Shown: piece after piece, positions 21,278-30,918 of the stretch
Layout: every line of letters begins with the position of its first letter
Numbering within the stretch: position 1 is the first letter of the stretch
Assembly (NCBI GenBank): GCA_050694895.1
Contig: JBOGSE010000383.1
Span: 1 to 33,733 of the forward strand
DNA: 33,733 nucleotides
Direction of reading: 5' to 3'
Source of the DNA: a bacterium
GTDB taxonomy: Bacteria; Sysuimicrobiota; Sysuimicrobiia; Sysuimicrobiales; Humicultoraceae
Notes under the pieces: model-generated
Databases searched by the model: none
Seen by the model: the letters and a program-made list of their open reading frames with translations, nothing else
Told to the model about the DNA's origin: nothing
Translations under genes and position numbers: made by a program

Positions 21278-21883
21278 TTAGTCCGATGACGAGAGATCGC
21301 TGGGAGTATCGATGTCTGCCGCATCGGCATCGGCGAGCGGAAGCGCCACGCCTTCCTTTGGATACGCCTCGATCACGCTGCGGGCGCCTCGGTCGCCTTC
21401 GAGCGTCAGTAACTCGAGGAAGAGCGCCCGATGAAAGTACGCGGGCGGGCCGACGGTTCCCGCGTACGCAGAGGCCACGATGCGCCGGCCATCGGTCGAG
21501 GCGGTGTCAATAAGTCGATCGATGACCCCGGCGGTGACGAACGGCTGGTCGCCCAGCAAGAGGACCAGGCCCTGCGCGTCGGACGAAACGGCCTCGACGC
21601 CGATCCGGATCGAGGACCCCATGCCCTCCTGCGGATCCGGATTCTGGACGATGCGCAACGGAAGGCCGTCGAGCAGAGGCCGGTAGACGCCGGCGTGGGC
21701 GCCGAGCACCATCACGACCTCGCCGCATCGTGAGGCCAGGGCCGCCTCGGCAACGCGCCGGATCATCGGCAGCCCGCCCACGGGCAGCGCCAGCTTCGGC
21801 CGTGCCATGCGCGTGCTGCTCCCGGCGGCGAGCACCACAGCGGAGATCATCGCGCCGGCGCTTGCCCCCGCGTGGCCAGTCAT
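21278..21883 (-). CDS. mocA: MobA/MocA-like nucleotidyltransferase (molybdenum cofactor cytidylyltransferase-like), 201 aa
   Basis: AVVLAAGSSTRMARPKLALPVGG is the NTP_transf_3 signature, followed by ...LLLGDQPFV... The ATG overlaps the XdhC stop (ATGA at 21880-21883). It sits at the end of the cox cluster. Confidence 0.75.
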   Translation of the reverse strand: MTGHAGASAGAMISAVVLAAGSSTRMARPKLALPVGGLPMIRRVAEAALASRCGEVVMVLGAHAGVYRPLLDGLPLRIVQNPDPQEGMGSSIRIGVEAVSSDAQGLVLLLGDQPFVTAGVIDRLIDTASTDGRRIVASAYAGTVGPPAYFHRALFLELLTLEGDRGARSVIEAYPKEGVALPLADADAADIDTPSDLSSSD

Positions 21884-23019
21884 GGTTCTCGCGCCGGCGT
21901 GGGCTCCTGCGTGGGCGTGTGTATGGGTGCGCCGCGCGCGCGGAGGAACCCGCCTTCGCGACCGCGGGCGACGGCCATGATCTCGCCGAGCGCCGCGATG
22001 GCGATCTCGTCGGGCGTCTCGCTGCCGATGTCCAGGCCCACCGGCCCAAAGATCTGCTCTCGGCGCCGGGCGTCGATCCTGACGCCGTCGACTTCCAGCT
22101 CGCGTAGAATCTTTTCGGTGCGCGCCCGTGGCCCGAGCATGCCCAGATACGCGGCCGGCGTGGGGAGAAAGGCGCGCAGCAGATCACGGTCGTGGATGTA
22201 GTTGTGGGTCATGATCAGCACGTAGGTGTGCGCATCGGTCGGCACGGCGGACGCGGCGACCGGAAACTCCGTTCGGACAAACCCGGTGGCACCGGGAAAG
22301 CGCTCCCGATTCAAGAACGCTTCTCGACGATCCACTACCAGTACGCGCCAGCCCAATTGCGAAGCGTGACGCACGACCGGGATCGCGTCGTGCCCGGCGC
22401 CGCAGACGACCAGCCGCACCGGGGGATGCAGGACCTCTACAAAGAGGCGGAGCCGCCCGGTGGCCGTGCGCACCGAGTCCGTGCGCGAGCGAAGATCGGC
22501 CGACGCCTCCCTGGCCAGGCGTTCGACCTCTGCGTCGGCAGACCGGTCGCCGAGAGTGCCACGCTGGCCGCCCGGTCCGATCACGATGCGCCGTCCGGCC
22601 GGCGTCGATGCGTTCCCTTCAACCACCGTGGCGACAACAATCGCCTCATCGCTCTCCTGCGCGTCCTTCGCGCCACGCCACAGGGGGTCATCCGCGGCGA
22701 TCGGCTCGACGAACACCTCGATCGCGCCGTTACAGCCGAGGCCGAGGCCCCAGACCGCGTCGTCGTCGGCGGTGAGGTCGTACATCACCAGGCGCGGCGT
22801 CTTGCTCGCCAGGACCTCCTCGGCGACGACCGCGACGTCGCCCTCGAGGCACCCCCCGCTGATATTGCCGGTTTGCTGACCCGACCGCGTGATCAGCAGA
22901 CGCGCGCCCGGACGCCGGTATGTCGAGCCGCGGATGCCGATGATCGTGGCCAGGGCCGCCGGCTCGCCGCGCGCATCGGCGTTCGCCATTGCCGCCTGAA
23001 TCTCGGCCAGTTCCTTCAT
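21880..23019 (-). CDS. XdhC/CoxI-family molybdoenzyme maturation protein, 379 aa
   Basis: This is the internal ATG of ORF 21880..23235. MKELAEIQAAMANADARGEPAALATIIGIRGSTYRRPGARLLI is an XdhC_CoxI N-domain, and ...LVVCGAGHDAIPVV... is the Rossmann-like XdhC_C domain. The ATG overlaps the coxE stop (ATGA at 23016-23019). Confidence 0.8.
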   Translation of the reverse strand: MKELAEIQAAMANADARGEPAALATIIGIRGSTYRRPGARLLITRSGQQTGNISGGCLEGDVAVVAEEVLASKTPRLVMYDLTADDDAVWGLGLGCNGAIEVFVEPIAADDPLWRGAKDAQESDEAIVVATVVEGNASTPAGRRIVIGPGGQRGTLGDRSADAEVERLAREASADLRSRTDSVRTATGRLRLFVEVLHPPVRLVVCGAGHDAIPVVRHASQLGWRVLVVDRREAFLNRERFPGATGFVRTEFPVAASAVPTDAHTYVLIMTHNYIHDRDLLRAFLPTPAAYLGMLGPRARTEKILRELEVDGVRIDARRREQIFGPVGLDIGSETPDEIAIAALGEIMAVARGREGGFLRARGAPIHTPTQEPTPAREP

Positions 23020-24203
23020 GCGTGTCGCGCCAGATACCGCTCGAGCCGCCGCAGACTCTCCAGATTGTGTGCCGGCGCGAAGACATCCACATAAGGCAGC
23101 GAGACGCGCATCCCCTGGCAGATCGGCTCGTAGCCGGGGCTTGCCAGCAGGGGATTCAGCCAGATCACGCGGGCCGAACGGCGCTGCAGCTCGGCCATCG
23201 CCGCCTCCAGGATGTCGACTTCGCCGGTATCCCACCCGTCGCTGATGATGATGACCACCGTTCGGGCGTCAAGCACATTCGCGCCGTATTCCGCCAGGAA
23301 TCGCTGAAGGCTGCGGCCGATCTTCGTGCCGCCAGACCAGTCGGGTACGCGCCGCGCGATCTCGTCGAGGGCGGCGCGCAGGTCTTCGTGCGCCAGCGAC
23401 CCGGTGATGCGGCTCAACCCCGTGCTAAACACGAAGGTCTCCACACGGGCGACGGCGTGCTGGAGGGCGTAGACGAACTGAATGAGGAAGCGGCTGTAGA
23501 GGTCCATTGAGCCGCTGACGTCGCAGAGGAGGACCACGCGGGTCTTCTGCAGCTTGCGCTCCCGACGGAGAATCTCGAGGATCTCCCCGCCGCGTCGGAG
23601 GCTATGCCGCATCGTGCGCCGGAGATCCACCAGGTGGCCGCGCCTGGCGCTACGGGTGCGCCGGGAGAGCCGCGTGGCCACGCGTCGGGCGATCGCGATG
23701 ACGACCGCGGTGATCTCGTTCAGCTCATCGGCGGTGAATGCGCTGAAGTCCTTGCGCGTCAGCGCCTCGATCGGGCTGTAGGCGGGGACCCGCTCGCCTT
23801 CGTCGCCGCCCTCTTCGTCCCCCTGCCACTCCAGGAGCACGCGATCGAGCGCGCGCTGCGGGTCGAGCGCCAGCGTCCCTTCTACACCGGGGGTGCCTGA
23901 CTCGCGCTCGCGCTGCCGCGCGCCCCAGAACTCCCAGAACGCCGCGTCGAAAATGCGTTGGGCGTCGGCGCCCGAGGCCAGGACGGCGCGGAGCGCCAGG
24001 TAGGTCTCATGCCGGTCCGCCAGATCCACGGCCGCCAGCGCGCGCAGTGCGTCTGCGGCCTCTGGGGGACCGATGGGGAGACCCCGCCGGCGCAAGAGCC
24101 GGCAGAAGCCCACGACGTTGGCAACGATGCTGCCGTGCTGTGCGCGTTCTACCGTCGAGCCTGCAGGCGCTCGGCGGCCCGCGCCACGACCTCCTGGCTC
24201 CAT
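23016..24203 (-). CDS. coxE: VWA-domain protein, CoxE-like, ~395 aa
   Basis: N-terminus ...VVGFCRLLRRRGLPIGPPEAADALRAL. The C-terminal VWA domain has MIDAS-like VVLLCDVSGSM and ...IIISDGWDTG. The start is uncertain: ATG 24203 gives a 55-nt overlap with coxD, and the track start is at 24257. Confidence 0.75.
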   Translation of the reverse strand: MEPGGRGAGRRAPAGSTVERAQHGSIVANVVGFCRLLRRRGLPIGPPEAADALRALAAVDLADRHETYLALRAVLASGADAQRIFDAAFWEFWGARQRERESGTPGVEGTLALDPQRALDRVLLEWQGDEEGGDEGERVPAYSPIEALTRKDFSAFTADELNEITAVVIAIARRVATRLSRRTRSARRGHLVDLRRTMRHSLRRGGEILEILRRERKLQKTRVVLLCDVSGSMDLYSRFLIQFVYALQHAVARVETFVFSTGLSRITGSLAHEDLRAALDEIARRVPDWSGGTKIGRSLQRFLAEYGANVLDARTVVIIISDGWDTGEVDILEAAMAELQRRSARVIWLNPLLASPGYEPICQGMRVSLPYVDVFAPAHNLESLRRLERYLARHA

Positions 24204-25099
24204 GGCCGTCCTTCCCGCTCCAATGACGCGACCCCATCGAGGAGCTGATCCAGCCACTGCGTGCGGACCGCCGCGGCGTCGTCCTGATGCTTGAACAGCA
24301 CGCCGAGCGTCTCCTCGAGGGCGTCGCGGTCGAGATGATCCCGATGCAGCGCCATGAGCGCGGCGCTCCAGTCAAGGGTCTCGGCGACCCCCGGCGTCTT
24401 CTCGAGCCGGAGCCGCCGAACCATCTGCATGAAGGCGCCGATCTGCTCGGCCAGGTGACCGTTAACCTCCGGGACCTTGCGGTGCACGATCTCCAGTTCT
24501 TTTTCGAAGGTCGGATAGTCGATCCAGAGATAGAGGCACCGCCGGCGCAGCGCGTCGCCGAGCTCGCGCGTGCGGTTGCTCGTCAGCACGACGTAGGGCG
24601 TCGTCTTGGCTGCAATTGTGCCGATCTCAGGGATTGAAACCTGGAAGTCCGAGAGCACTTCGAGCAGGAACGCCTCAAACTCAGTATCTCCCCGGTCGAT
24701 TTCGTCGACAAGCAGCACCGGTGCGGTCTCGCGAGTAATCGCGTCAAGCAGCGGCCTCTTGAGCAAGAACGCCTCGCTGAAGATCTCGGCCTCGCGCTCG
24801 GCGACAGACTGCTTCCCGCCCTCGGACAGCCTGATGTGCAGTAACTGCTTTTGGTAGTTCCATTCGTAGAGCGCGGTGGTGGCGTCCAGACCCTCGTAGC
24901 ACTGCAGCCGAATCAGCTCGGTCGACAGTGCGCGGGCCATCACCTTGGCCACCTCGGTCTTGCCGACACCCGCGGCCCCCTCGATCAGCAGCGGCTTGCG
25001 CAGGGCAATGGACAGATAGACGCTCGTCGCGATGGTCCGGTCGGCAACGTAGCCCTGACCCGCGAGTAGATTCTGAATGCGCGTGATTTCCGGGTGCAT
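24149..25099 (-). CDS. coxD: MoxR-like AAA+ ATPase, CoxD-like, 316 aa
   Basis: LLIEGAAGVGKTEVAKVMA (Walker A), VLLVDEIDR (Walker B). Its position directly upstream of a CoxE-type VWA gene is canonical for cox clusters. Confidence 0.85.
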   Translation of the reverse strand: MHPEITRIQNLLAGQGYVADRTIATSVYLSIALRKPLLIEGAAGVGKTEVAKVMARALSTELIRLQCYEGLDATTALYEWNYQKQLLHIRLSEGGKQSVAEREAEIFSEAFLLKRPLLDAITRETAPVLLVDEIDRGDTEFEAFLLEVLSDFQVSIPEIGTIAAKTTPYVVLTSNRTRELGDALRRRCLYLWIDYPTFEKELEIVHRKVPEVNGHLAEQIGAFMQMVRRLRLEKTPGVAETLDWSAALMALHRDHLDRDALEETLGVLFKHQDDAAAVRTQWLDQLLDGVASLEREGRPWSQEVVARAAERLQARR

Positions 25100-25135
25100 A
25101 GATCAAGGCTCCACTGATGGCGCTCTAAGTACGAA

Positions 25136-25154
25136 GGGATGGCTGAGCCATCCC
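25136..25154 (-). promoter_or_regulatory. Short perfect stem-loop in the 111-nt gap between xdhC::YHS and coxD
   Basis: GGGATGGC-tga-GCCATCCC has an 8-bp stem and a 3-nt loop. No clean U-tract follows. An AT-richer patch with the palindrome GTTGCAAC (25185-25192) lies next to it. Confidence 0.35.
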
Positions 25155-25210
25155 CTCTGGTCACTGCCCTGCTCTATCTTACGCGTTGCAACAATCTAAG
25201 TCCACGGCGC

Positions 25211-26161
25211 TTAACCGGCGGCCGTTCCGACGAACCTGGCGGGATTTTGGTCGAAGACTTGTTTGCAGTGAGCGCAGCAGAAGTAGAAGTGCTTGCCTGA
25301 TGTCTCGGAGTGGTACACGGCCGAAGCGATCTCCACCGACATCCCGCAGACTGGATCCCTGGCCTCGGCCTCTCCCGACGCGGCCGGAACCGCTTCTGCT
25401 GTGGTCCATCCATCCTTCTGCGTCCGCGACACCTGGATGATCTCCGCCAGGATGCTCACCGCGATCTCCTCGGGGTCGACCGCGCCGATATCGAGTCCTG
25501 CCGGAGCTTTCAGCCGGCGGAGGCGTTCCGCGGATACGCCTTGGGCCCGCAGAGTTTCCACGACCGCGTCCGCTCGCCTGCGGCTTGACACCAGACACAC
25601 ATAGCCGGCGTCGCTTCGGAGGGCCTGCTCCAGAACCTCTTCATCGGCGGTTCCATGGGTCGCCACAACGATGTAGGTTCGGGAAGTCGCGTGAAGGCGC
25701 GGGATTCTCGCGGCGCCGGCTTCGGAGAGCACGTGGGTGACCGCAAAGTTTACGGCCTCGCCGAGCTTTACCAGCGTGTCGACGACGGGCCCCCGGCCCA
25801 CGAGGAGAAGCTGAAGCTTGGGCAAAACGGGCTCGATGTACACCTCAATGGTCCCCCCGCTGTGGCAGGTCATTGGGTATGCCAGCATGCCCTCGTGTCT
25901 TCCAGGACCGGTCCCGCCCTCGCCCACGAGGGCCACCAGCCGCGGCTGTCCATCACGCAGGGCTCTGAGCGCCTCTTTGACGACCACAGGCTCGGCGCAG
26001 CTTCCCCCGATCCATCCGAGCACCGTCCCGTCCGGACGAATCAGAGCCTTGGCTCCCGGCCTGGCCGACGTCGGCCGCTCGCAGCGAACCACGGTGGCAA
26101 GCGCAAATGGCTCGCCTTCCCGGGAGAGCGCGTGCGCCAGCCCTAAGAGCTCATCGGCCAT
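25211..26161 (-). CDS. XdhC/CoxF-like maturation protein with a C-terminal YHS/TRASH-type metal-binding domain, 316 aa
   Basis: The N-terminus (EGEPFALATVVRCERPTSARPGAKALIRPDGTVLGWIGGSCAE) is an XdhC_CoxI domain. LLLVGRGPVVDTL is the XdhC_C Rossmann. The C-terminal DPVCGMSVEIASAVYHSETSGKHFYFCCAHCKQVFDQNPARF is a YHS domain (nt 25235-25357). Confidence 0.8.
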   Translation of the reverse strand: MADELLGLAHALSREGEPFALATVVRCERPTSARPGAKALIRPDGTVLGWIGGSCAEPVVVKEALRALRDGQPRLVALVGEGGTGPGRHEGMLAYPMTCHSGGTIEVYIEPVLPKLQLLLVGRGPVVDTLVKLGEAVNFAVTHVLSEAGAARIPRLHATSRTYIVVATHGTADEEVLEQALRSDAGYVCLVSSRRRADAVVETLRAQGVSAERLRRLKAPAGLDIGAVDPEEIAVSILAEIIQVSRTQKDGWTTAEAVPAASGEAEARDPVCGMSVEIASAVYHSETSGKHFYFCCAHCKQVFDQNPARFVGTAAG

Positions 26162-26185
26162 GGAGCGTCCCCCTGGTCGTGCGCC

Positions 26186-28555
26186 TCACTCGGTGACGCC
26201 CTTGTCCCGAAGGAGCTTCCAGACCTTGGCGGGGGTGATCGGAATATCGAGGTGGCGCACACCCAGATGCCAGAGCGCGTCGACGACCGCGTTGGCGATC
26301 GCGGCCGGCGCGCCCACGGTGGCGGATTCTCCCACACCCTTTGCCCCCAGCGGATGGTGCGGCGAAGGCGTAATGGTCTTGTCCGTCTCCCACTTCGGGG
26401 TTTCGACCGCCGTCGGAAGCAGATAATCCATGAAGCTCCCGCCCCGGATGTTGCCGTTCTCGTCATACGAGATCTCTTCGAAGAGCGCCGGAGCCAGGCC
26501 CATCGTCAGTCCCCCGTGGATCTGTCCCTCCACGATCATGGGGTTGATGATGTTGCCGCAGTCGTCCACAGCCACGAAGCGGCGGACCTTGACTTCCCCG
26601 GTGCCCTTATCGACGTCTACAACGCAAATGTAGCTTCCAAAGGGATAGGTGAGGTTCGGCGGATCGTAGTACGAGACCGCTTCGAGCCCTGCCTCCATGC
26701 CCTGCGGGTGATTCGTGTAGGCCGCAAACGCGATGTCCTGGATCGTCTTCGCGCGGTTCGGCGCGCCCTTGACGGAGAACTTCCCCGGCTCCCACACCAG
26801 GTCGTCCTCGGCCGCCTCCAGGAGATGCGCGGCGATCTTCCGCGCCTTATCTCGGATCTTTCGCGCGGCCATGGCCCCGGCCGCACCGGCCACCGGGGTG
26901 GAGCGGCTGGCATACGTGCCGAGGCCGTAGGGCGCGGTGTCGGTGTCGCCCTCTTCCACCTGAATGTCGGCCGCCGGGATCCCCAACTCCTCGGCGATGA
27001 TCTGGGCATACGTGGTCTCGTGCCCCTGTCCCTGGGATTTGGTGCCGAAGCGGGCGGTGGCCTTGCCGGTGGGATGGATCCGGATCTCGCAAGAGTCGAA
27101 CATCTTGAGTCCAAGAATATCAAAATGCTTTGAAGGCCCCGCGCCGACGATCTCGGTGAAGCTCGAGATCCCGATGCCCATCAGCTCGCCGCGCTTGCGC
27201 TTCTCCGCCTGCTCTCGCCGAAGCTCGGCGTAGCCGATCCTCCGCATCGCTAGATCGAGGGCGGCCGCGTAGTTCCCACTGTCGTACTCCCACCCCAGGG
27301 CGGACTTATACGGAAACTGCTCGGGCTTGATAAAGTTCTTCTTCCTGAAATCCGCTGGGTCCATGCCGACCTGGTGGGCCATGAGGTCCGCCATCCGCTC
27401 GATGGTATGGACGGCCTCTGTAACACGGAACGAGCAGCGGTAGGCGATGCCGCCCGGCGGCTTGTTGGTGTAGACCCCATCGACCTCCACGTGCGCGGCC
27501 TTGAAATCATACGAGCCGGTGCAGATATGGAACAGGCCGGCCGGGAACTTGGACGGGTTGGCCGCGGCGTCGGCGTAGCCGTGGTCGGCGATCGTCTTGA
27601 TCCTCAGCGCCGTCATCGTCCCGTCCTTCTTTGCCGCCAGCTCGGCGCTGATGTGATAGTCGCGCGCGAAGGAATCGGCCTGAAGGTTCTCCATCCGATC
27701 TTCCATCCATTTGACCGGCGCGCCGGTCAGCACCGATGCCGCGACGGCGATCACGTAGCCGGGGTAGACCGGCACCTTGCCCCCGAACCCGCCGCCGATG
27801 TCGGGGGAGATGATCCGGATTTTGTGCTCCGCCAGGCCGACGTGGCCCGCCACGAGTGCAAACACCGTGCGGATCGCATGCGGCGCCTGGGTGGTCATCC
27901 AGACCGTCAGCTTCCCCATCACCTTGTCGAAGTGGGCGATGCAGCCGCAGGTCTCAATGGAGGCCACGTGGATGCGGGGAAGATAGATCTGCTCCTTGAC
28001 CGTCACCTCCGCGTCCTTGAAGGCGCGCTCGGTGGCGGCTTTGTCGCCCCATTCCCAATGCCAGATATGGTTATCCTTCTTGTCTTTCTTGTCGGTGCGA
28101 AGCACCGGGGCGCCGGGCTCCAGGGCCTTCTTGGGATCCACGACGACGGGGAGCTGCTCGTATTCCACCTCGACGGCCTCGACCCCGTCGGCGGCGATGT
28201 ACCGGTCCGTGGCCAGGACCGCCGCCACCTCCTGCGCCTGGTACATGACCTTCTCGACAGGCAGCACCATCTGGGTGTCGGACATGAGGGTCGGCATCCA
28301 GTGAAGATTGTACTTGGCCAGATCGGCGCCGGTGATAACGGCGAGCACGCCGGGGATGGCCATGGCCTTGGACGTATCAATGTTCTTGATCTTGGCGTGG
28401 GCAAACGGGCTGCGGACGATGTCGAGGTAGAGCATACCGGGCAACTGAATGTCATCGACATAGGTCCCCTTGCCCCTGATGAAGCGGGGATCTTCCTTGC
28501 GCTTCACCGAGTGCCCCATCCCTCCGACTTCAGCCGACGTCTTGGGCGCCATCAT
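26186..28555 (-). CDS. coxL: Aerobic carbon monoxide dehydrogenase large (molybdopterin) subunit, form I, 789 aa
   Basis: Xanthine-dehydrogenase-family Mo-binding protein carrying the form I active-site signature AYRCSFR (aa 371-377, nt 27425-27445, verified by hand translation). The ATG overlaps the coxS stop (ATGA at 28552-28555). Confidence 0.92.
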   Translation of the reverse strand: MMAPKTSAEVGGMGHSVKRKEDPRFIRGKGTYVDDIQLPGMLYLDIVRSPFAHAKIKNIDTSKAMAIPGVLAVITGADLAKYNLHWMPTLMSDTQMVLPVEKVMYQAQEVAAVLATDRYIAADGVEAVEVEYEQLPVVVDPKKALEPGAPVLRTDKKDKKDNHIWHWEWGDKAATERAFKDAEVTVKEQIYLPRIHVASIETCGCIAHFDKVMGKLTVWMTTQAPHAIRTVFALVAGHVGLAEHKIRIISPDIGGGFGGKVPVYPGYVIAVAASVLTGAPVKWMEDRMENLQADSFARDYHISAELAAKKDGTMTALRIKTIADHGYADAAANPSKFPAGLFHICTGSYDFKAAHVEVDGVYTNKPPGGIAYRCSFRVTEAVHTIERMADLMAHQVGMDPADFRKKNFIKPEQFPYKSALGWEYDSGNYAAALDLAMRRIGYAELRREQAEKRKRGELMGIGISSFTEIVGAGPSKHFDILGLKMFDSCEIRIHPTGKATARFGTKSQGQGHETTYAQIIAEELGIPAADIQVEEGDTDTAPYGLGTYASRSTPVAGAAGAMAARKIRDKARKIAAHLLEAAEDDLVWEPGKFSVKGAPNRAKTIQDIAFAAYTNHPQGMEAGLEAVSYYDPPNLTYPFGSYICVVDVDKGTGEVKVRRFVAVDDCGNIINPMIVEGQIHGGLTMGLAPALFEEISYDENGNIRGGSFMDYLLPTAVETPKWETDKTITPSPHHPLGAKGVGESATVGAPAAIANAVVDALWHLGVRHLDIPITPAKVWKLLRDKGVTE

Positions 28556-29025
28556 GCCCCTCCCTGCCGCGCCTTGGCAGCGGCGTACTCAACCGACTTG
28601 ACGATGTTGACGTAACCGGTGCAGCGGCACAGGTTGCCCGATATGGCCCACCGGATGTCATCCTCCGACGGGCTTGCGTTCTTCTTCAAGAACGCGTAGC
28701 TGGTCATCAGCATGCCGGGCGTGCAGTAGCCGCACTGGAGGCCGTGCTCCGCCATGAAGCCTTCCTGGACCGGATGCAGCTGTCCGTCCTGTTCCAAACC
28801 CTCCACGGTCATGATCTCTCGGCCGTGAGCCTGCACCGCAAAGACCGTGCAGGACTTGACCGGTCGGCCATCGAGGAGGATGGTGCATGCCCCACAGTGG
28901 GTGGTGTCGCAGCCGATGTGCGTCCCGGTCAGCCGCAGGACGTCGCGGATGAGGTGCACGAGGAGGAGCCTGGGCTCGACGTCGGCTCCGTGCTTCGCTC
29001 CGTTTATGGTCACCTCTACGCGCAT
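28552..29025 (-). CDS. coxS: CO dehydrogenase small [2Fe-2S] subunit, 157 aa
   Basis: [12 protein letters not shown]...[16 protein letters not shown]...[10 protein letters not shown]...CRCTGY shows both 2Fe-2S cysteine clusters. ATG 29025 has SD GGAGGTG at good spacing. The GTG at 29034, which overlaps the coxM stop, is the alternative. Confidence 0.9.
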   Translation of the reverse strand: MRVEVTINGAKHGADVEPRLLLVHLIRDVLRLTGTHIGCDTTHCGACTILLDGRPVKSCTVFAVQAHGREIMTVEGLEQDGQLHPVQEGFMAEHGLQCGYCTPGMLMTSYAFLKKNASPSEDDIRWAISGNLCRCTGYVNIVKSVEYAAAKARQGGA

Positions 29026-29030
29026 CGCCC

Positions 29031-29906
29031 TCACCTCCCGCCGCCGGCGCGCTCAAGCGTTTTTCTGAGCGCCCTGGCCGTCAGCACTCTGACGAGATCG
29101 CGTTTGTAGTCTGCCGGTCCCCGCATGTCTTCGGTCGGCTCGGACTCCTCGGCCGCCTGCGCTGCCGCCTGCGCGATGGTCCGCTCGTCCGGGCGCTTGC
29201 CGACGAGCACGCCTTCGGCCCGCGTCGCCTTGATCGGCATTGCCCCGACGCTCGTCAGCCCGATGCCGGCCGACTCGCAGTGTCCATTCGCGCTCAAGGT
29301 GACCTGGACCGCCACGGCGACGGTGGCGAAGTCTCCAACCTTCCGCTCGAGCTTGACATAGGCTCCGCCGCTGCGGGGGCGTGGCGCAGGAATCCTGATC
29401 TCCGTCAGGATCTCGTCAGGCGCCAGCGCGGTGGCAAAGGGACCTGTGAAGAATCCCGCGATGGGGATACGCCTCTCCCCCTTGGGCCCCACGGCCACCA
29501 CTTCGGCGCCCAGGGCGAGCATCGTTGCGGGGTGGTCGTTGGCGGGGTCGGCGTGGGCCACGTTGCCGCACACTGTGGCCAGGTTCCTCACGAGAGGGTC
29601 GGCGATGACCTTGCTGGTTTCGTGGAGAATCGGGTATTTCGAGCGGATGAGGTCGGACTCCTCGAGGTCGGACTCCCGGACGAGTGCCCCGATGGCGAGC
29701 ACCCCGTCGGCCTCGCGTATATACGACAGGCCCTGAATGCGGTTGATATCGATGATGTACCTGGGGGTGGCCAGCCTGAGCTTCATCAGCGGGATGAGGC
29801 TCTGCCCTCCCGAGAGGATCTTTGCGTCTTCGCCGTGTCTGGCAAGCAGCGCGGTCGCTTCGTTGAGAGAGGTGGGGGAGAAGTATTCGAACGCGGCAGG
29901 GATCAT
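29031..29906 (-). CDS. coxM: CO dehydrogenase medium FAD-binding subunit, 291 aa
   Basis: This is the internal ATG of ORF 29031..30020 ([11 protein letters not shown]...) with [30 protein letters not shown] and [13 protein letters not shown] are FAD_binding_5 / CO_deh_flav_C patterns. Confidence 0.88.
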   Translation of the reverse strand: MIPAAFEYFSPTSLNEATALLARHGEDAKILSGGQSLIPLMKLRLATPRYIIDINRIQGLSYIREADGVLAIGALVRESDLEESDLIRSKYPILHETSKVIADPLVRNLATVCGNVAHADPANDHPATMLALGAEVVAVGPKGERRIPIAGFFTGPFATALAPDEILTEIRIPAPRPRSGGAYVKLERKVGDFATVAVAVQVTLSANGHCESAGIGLTSVGAMPIKATRAEGVLVGKRPDERTIAQAAAQAAEESEPTEDMRGPADYKRDLVRVLTARALRKTLERAGGGR

Positions 29907-29991
29907 TCTTTCTTCCCTCCGTTCCAGTGATTCTCTGGCGGGCGCGTGCCGGGAGCCCGCGTATGCATGAACAGTGGCCGGCTGACTAGAG

Positions 29992-30918
29992 TTACGACCG
30001 TGGGCCGCCGTATCCTGCACGCCCCCCGGCGGATGTTCGTCTCGAGCGCCCGCCCCGCGCCCGATCGCGCGCCAGAATCAGCGCGCGCCGGGTCAGCACC
30101 CGGGCCAGGTGCAGACGATAGGCGGCGCCGGCATGGATGTCGCTGTTCGCTTCGACACCATCGGCAGCGGCGCCCGAGGCCTGCGCAAGCCGCTCATCGG
30201 TTGGGTCCTGACCCACGACGGCCTCCTCAACGGCCGTCGCGCGGTAGGCGGTCGGAGCAACGCCGGTGATGCCGACACGCACGTGCGCTGCAAGGCCGTC
30301 GCTATCCAGCCCGACCGCCGCGGCCACGCCTGCCAGGGCGAACCCCGATGCGGGGTTCGGCATTTTTAAATAGGCCGCGCCAAACCGGGTCGATGCGACC
30401 GGCACCACGACCTCGACGAGCAGTTCCCCGGGCCGCAGCGCCGTCGTCATGACGCCCCGGAAGAACTCCGATGCCGGCACGGTCCGGGCTCCGTCGCGGC
30501 CCTGCAGCGCGAACTCGGCGTCCAGCGCCAGCACCATCGCGGGGTAGTCGGCCGCGGGATCCGCGTGGGCGAGGCTGCCCCCAACGGTGCCGAGATTGCG
30601 CACCTGGAGATCCCCGATGGCCGCCGCGGTCTCGGCGAGCCCAGGGGCGGCACGGCGCACCGCGGGTGTCGATTCGACCATCCAGTGCGTTGCCAGCGCC
30701 CCGACGTGCAGCCGGCCGGCGCGTACGCGGATGCGTCGCAGCGCAGCAATCCGGCCGATGTCGATCACGTGGCCAGGCGTGGCAAGGCGCAGCTTCATCA
30801 GCGCGAGCAGGCTCTGCCCCCCGGCCAGAACCTTGGCATCGGCGCCATGGTCGGTCAGCAGGCGCAGCGCGGTGTCAACCGTCCTCGGCCGATGATACGT
30901 GAAGGCGGCCGGGATCAT
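29992..30918 (-). CDS. Second CoxM-like FAD-binding subunit (divergent tandem paralogue) with an Arg/Gly-rich C-terminal tail, 308 aa
   Basis: [55 protein letters not shown]...GGSLAHADPAADYP...AAYRLHLARVLTRRAL. By-eye identity to the downstream CoxM is about 40-45% over the full length. The ATG overlaps the coxG stop (ATGA at 30915-30918). Confidence 0.8.
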   Translation of the reverse strand: MIPAAFTYHRPRTVDTALRLLTDHGADAKVLAGGQSLLALMKLRLATPGHVIDIGRIAALRRIRVRAGRLHVGALATHWMVESTPAVRRAAPGLAETAAAIGDLQVRNLGTVGGSLAHADPAADYPAMVLALDAEFALQGRDGARTVPASEFFRGVMTTALRPGELLVEVVVPVASTRFGAAYLKMPNPASGFALAGVAAAVGLDSDGLAAHVRVGITGVAPTAYRATAVEEAVVGQDPTDERLAQASGAAADGVEANSDIHAGAAYRLHLARVLTRRALILARDRARGGRSRRTSAGGRAGYGGPRS

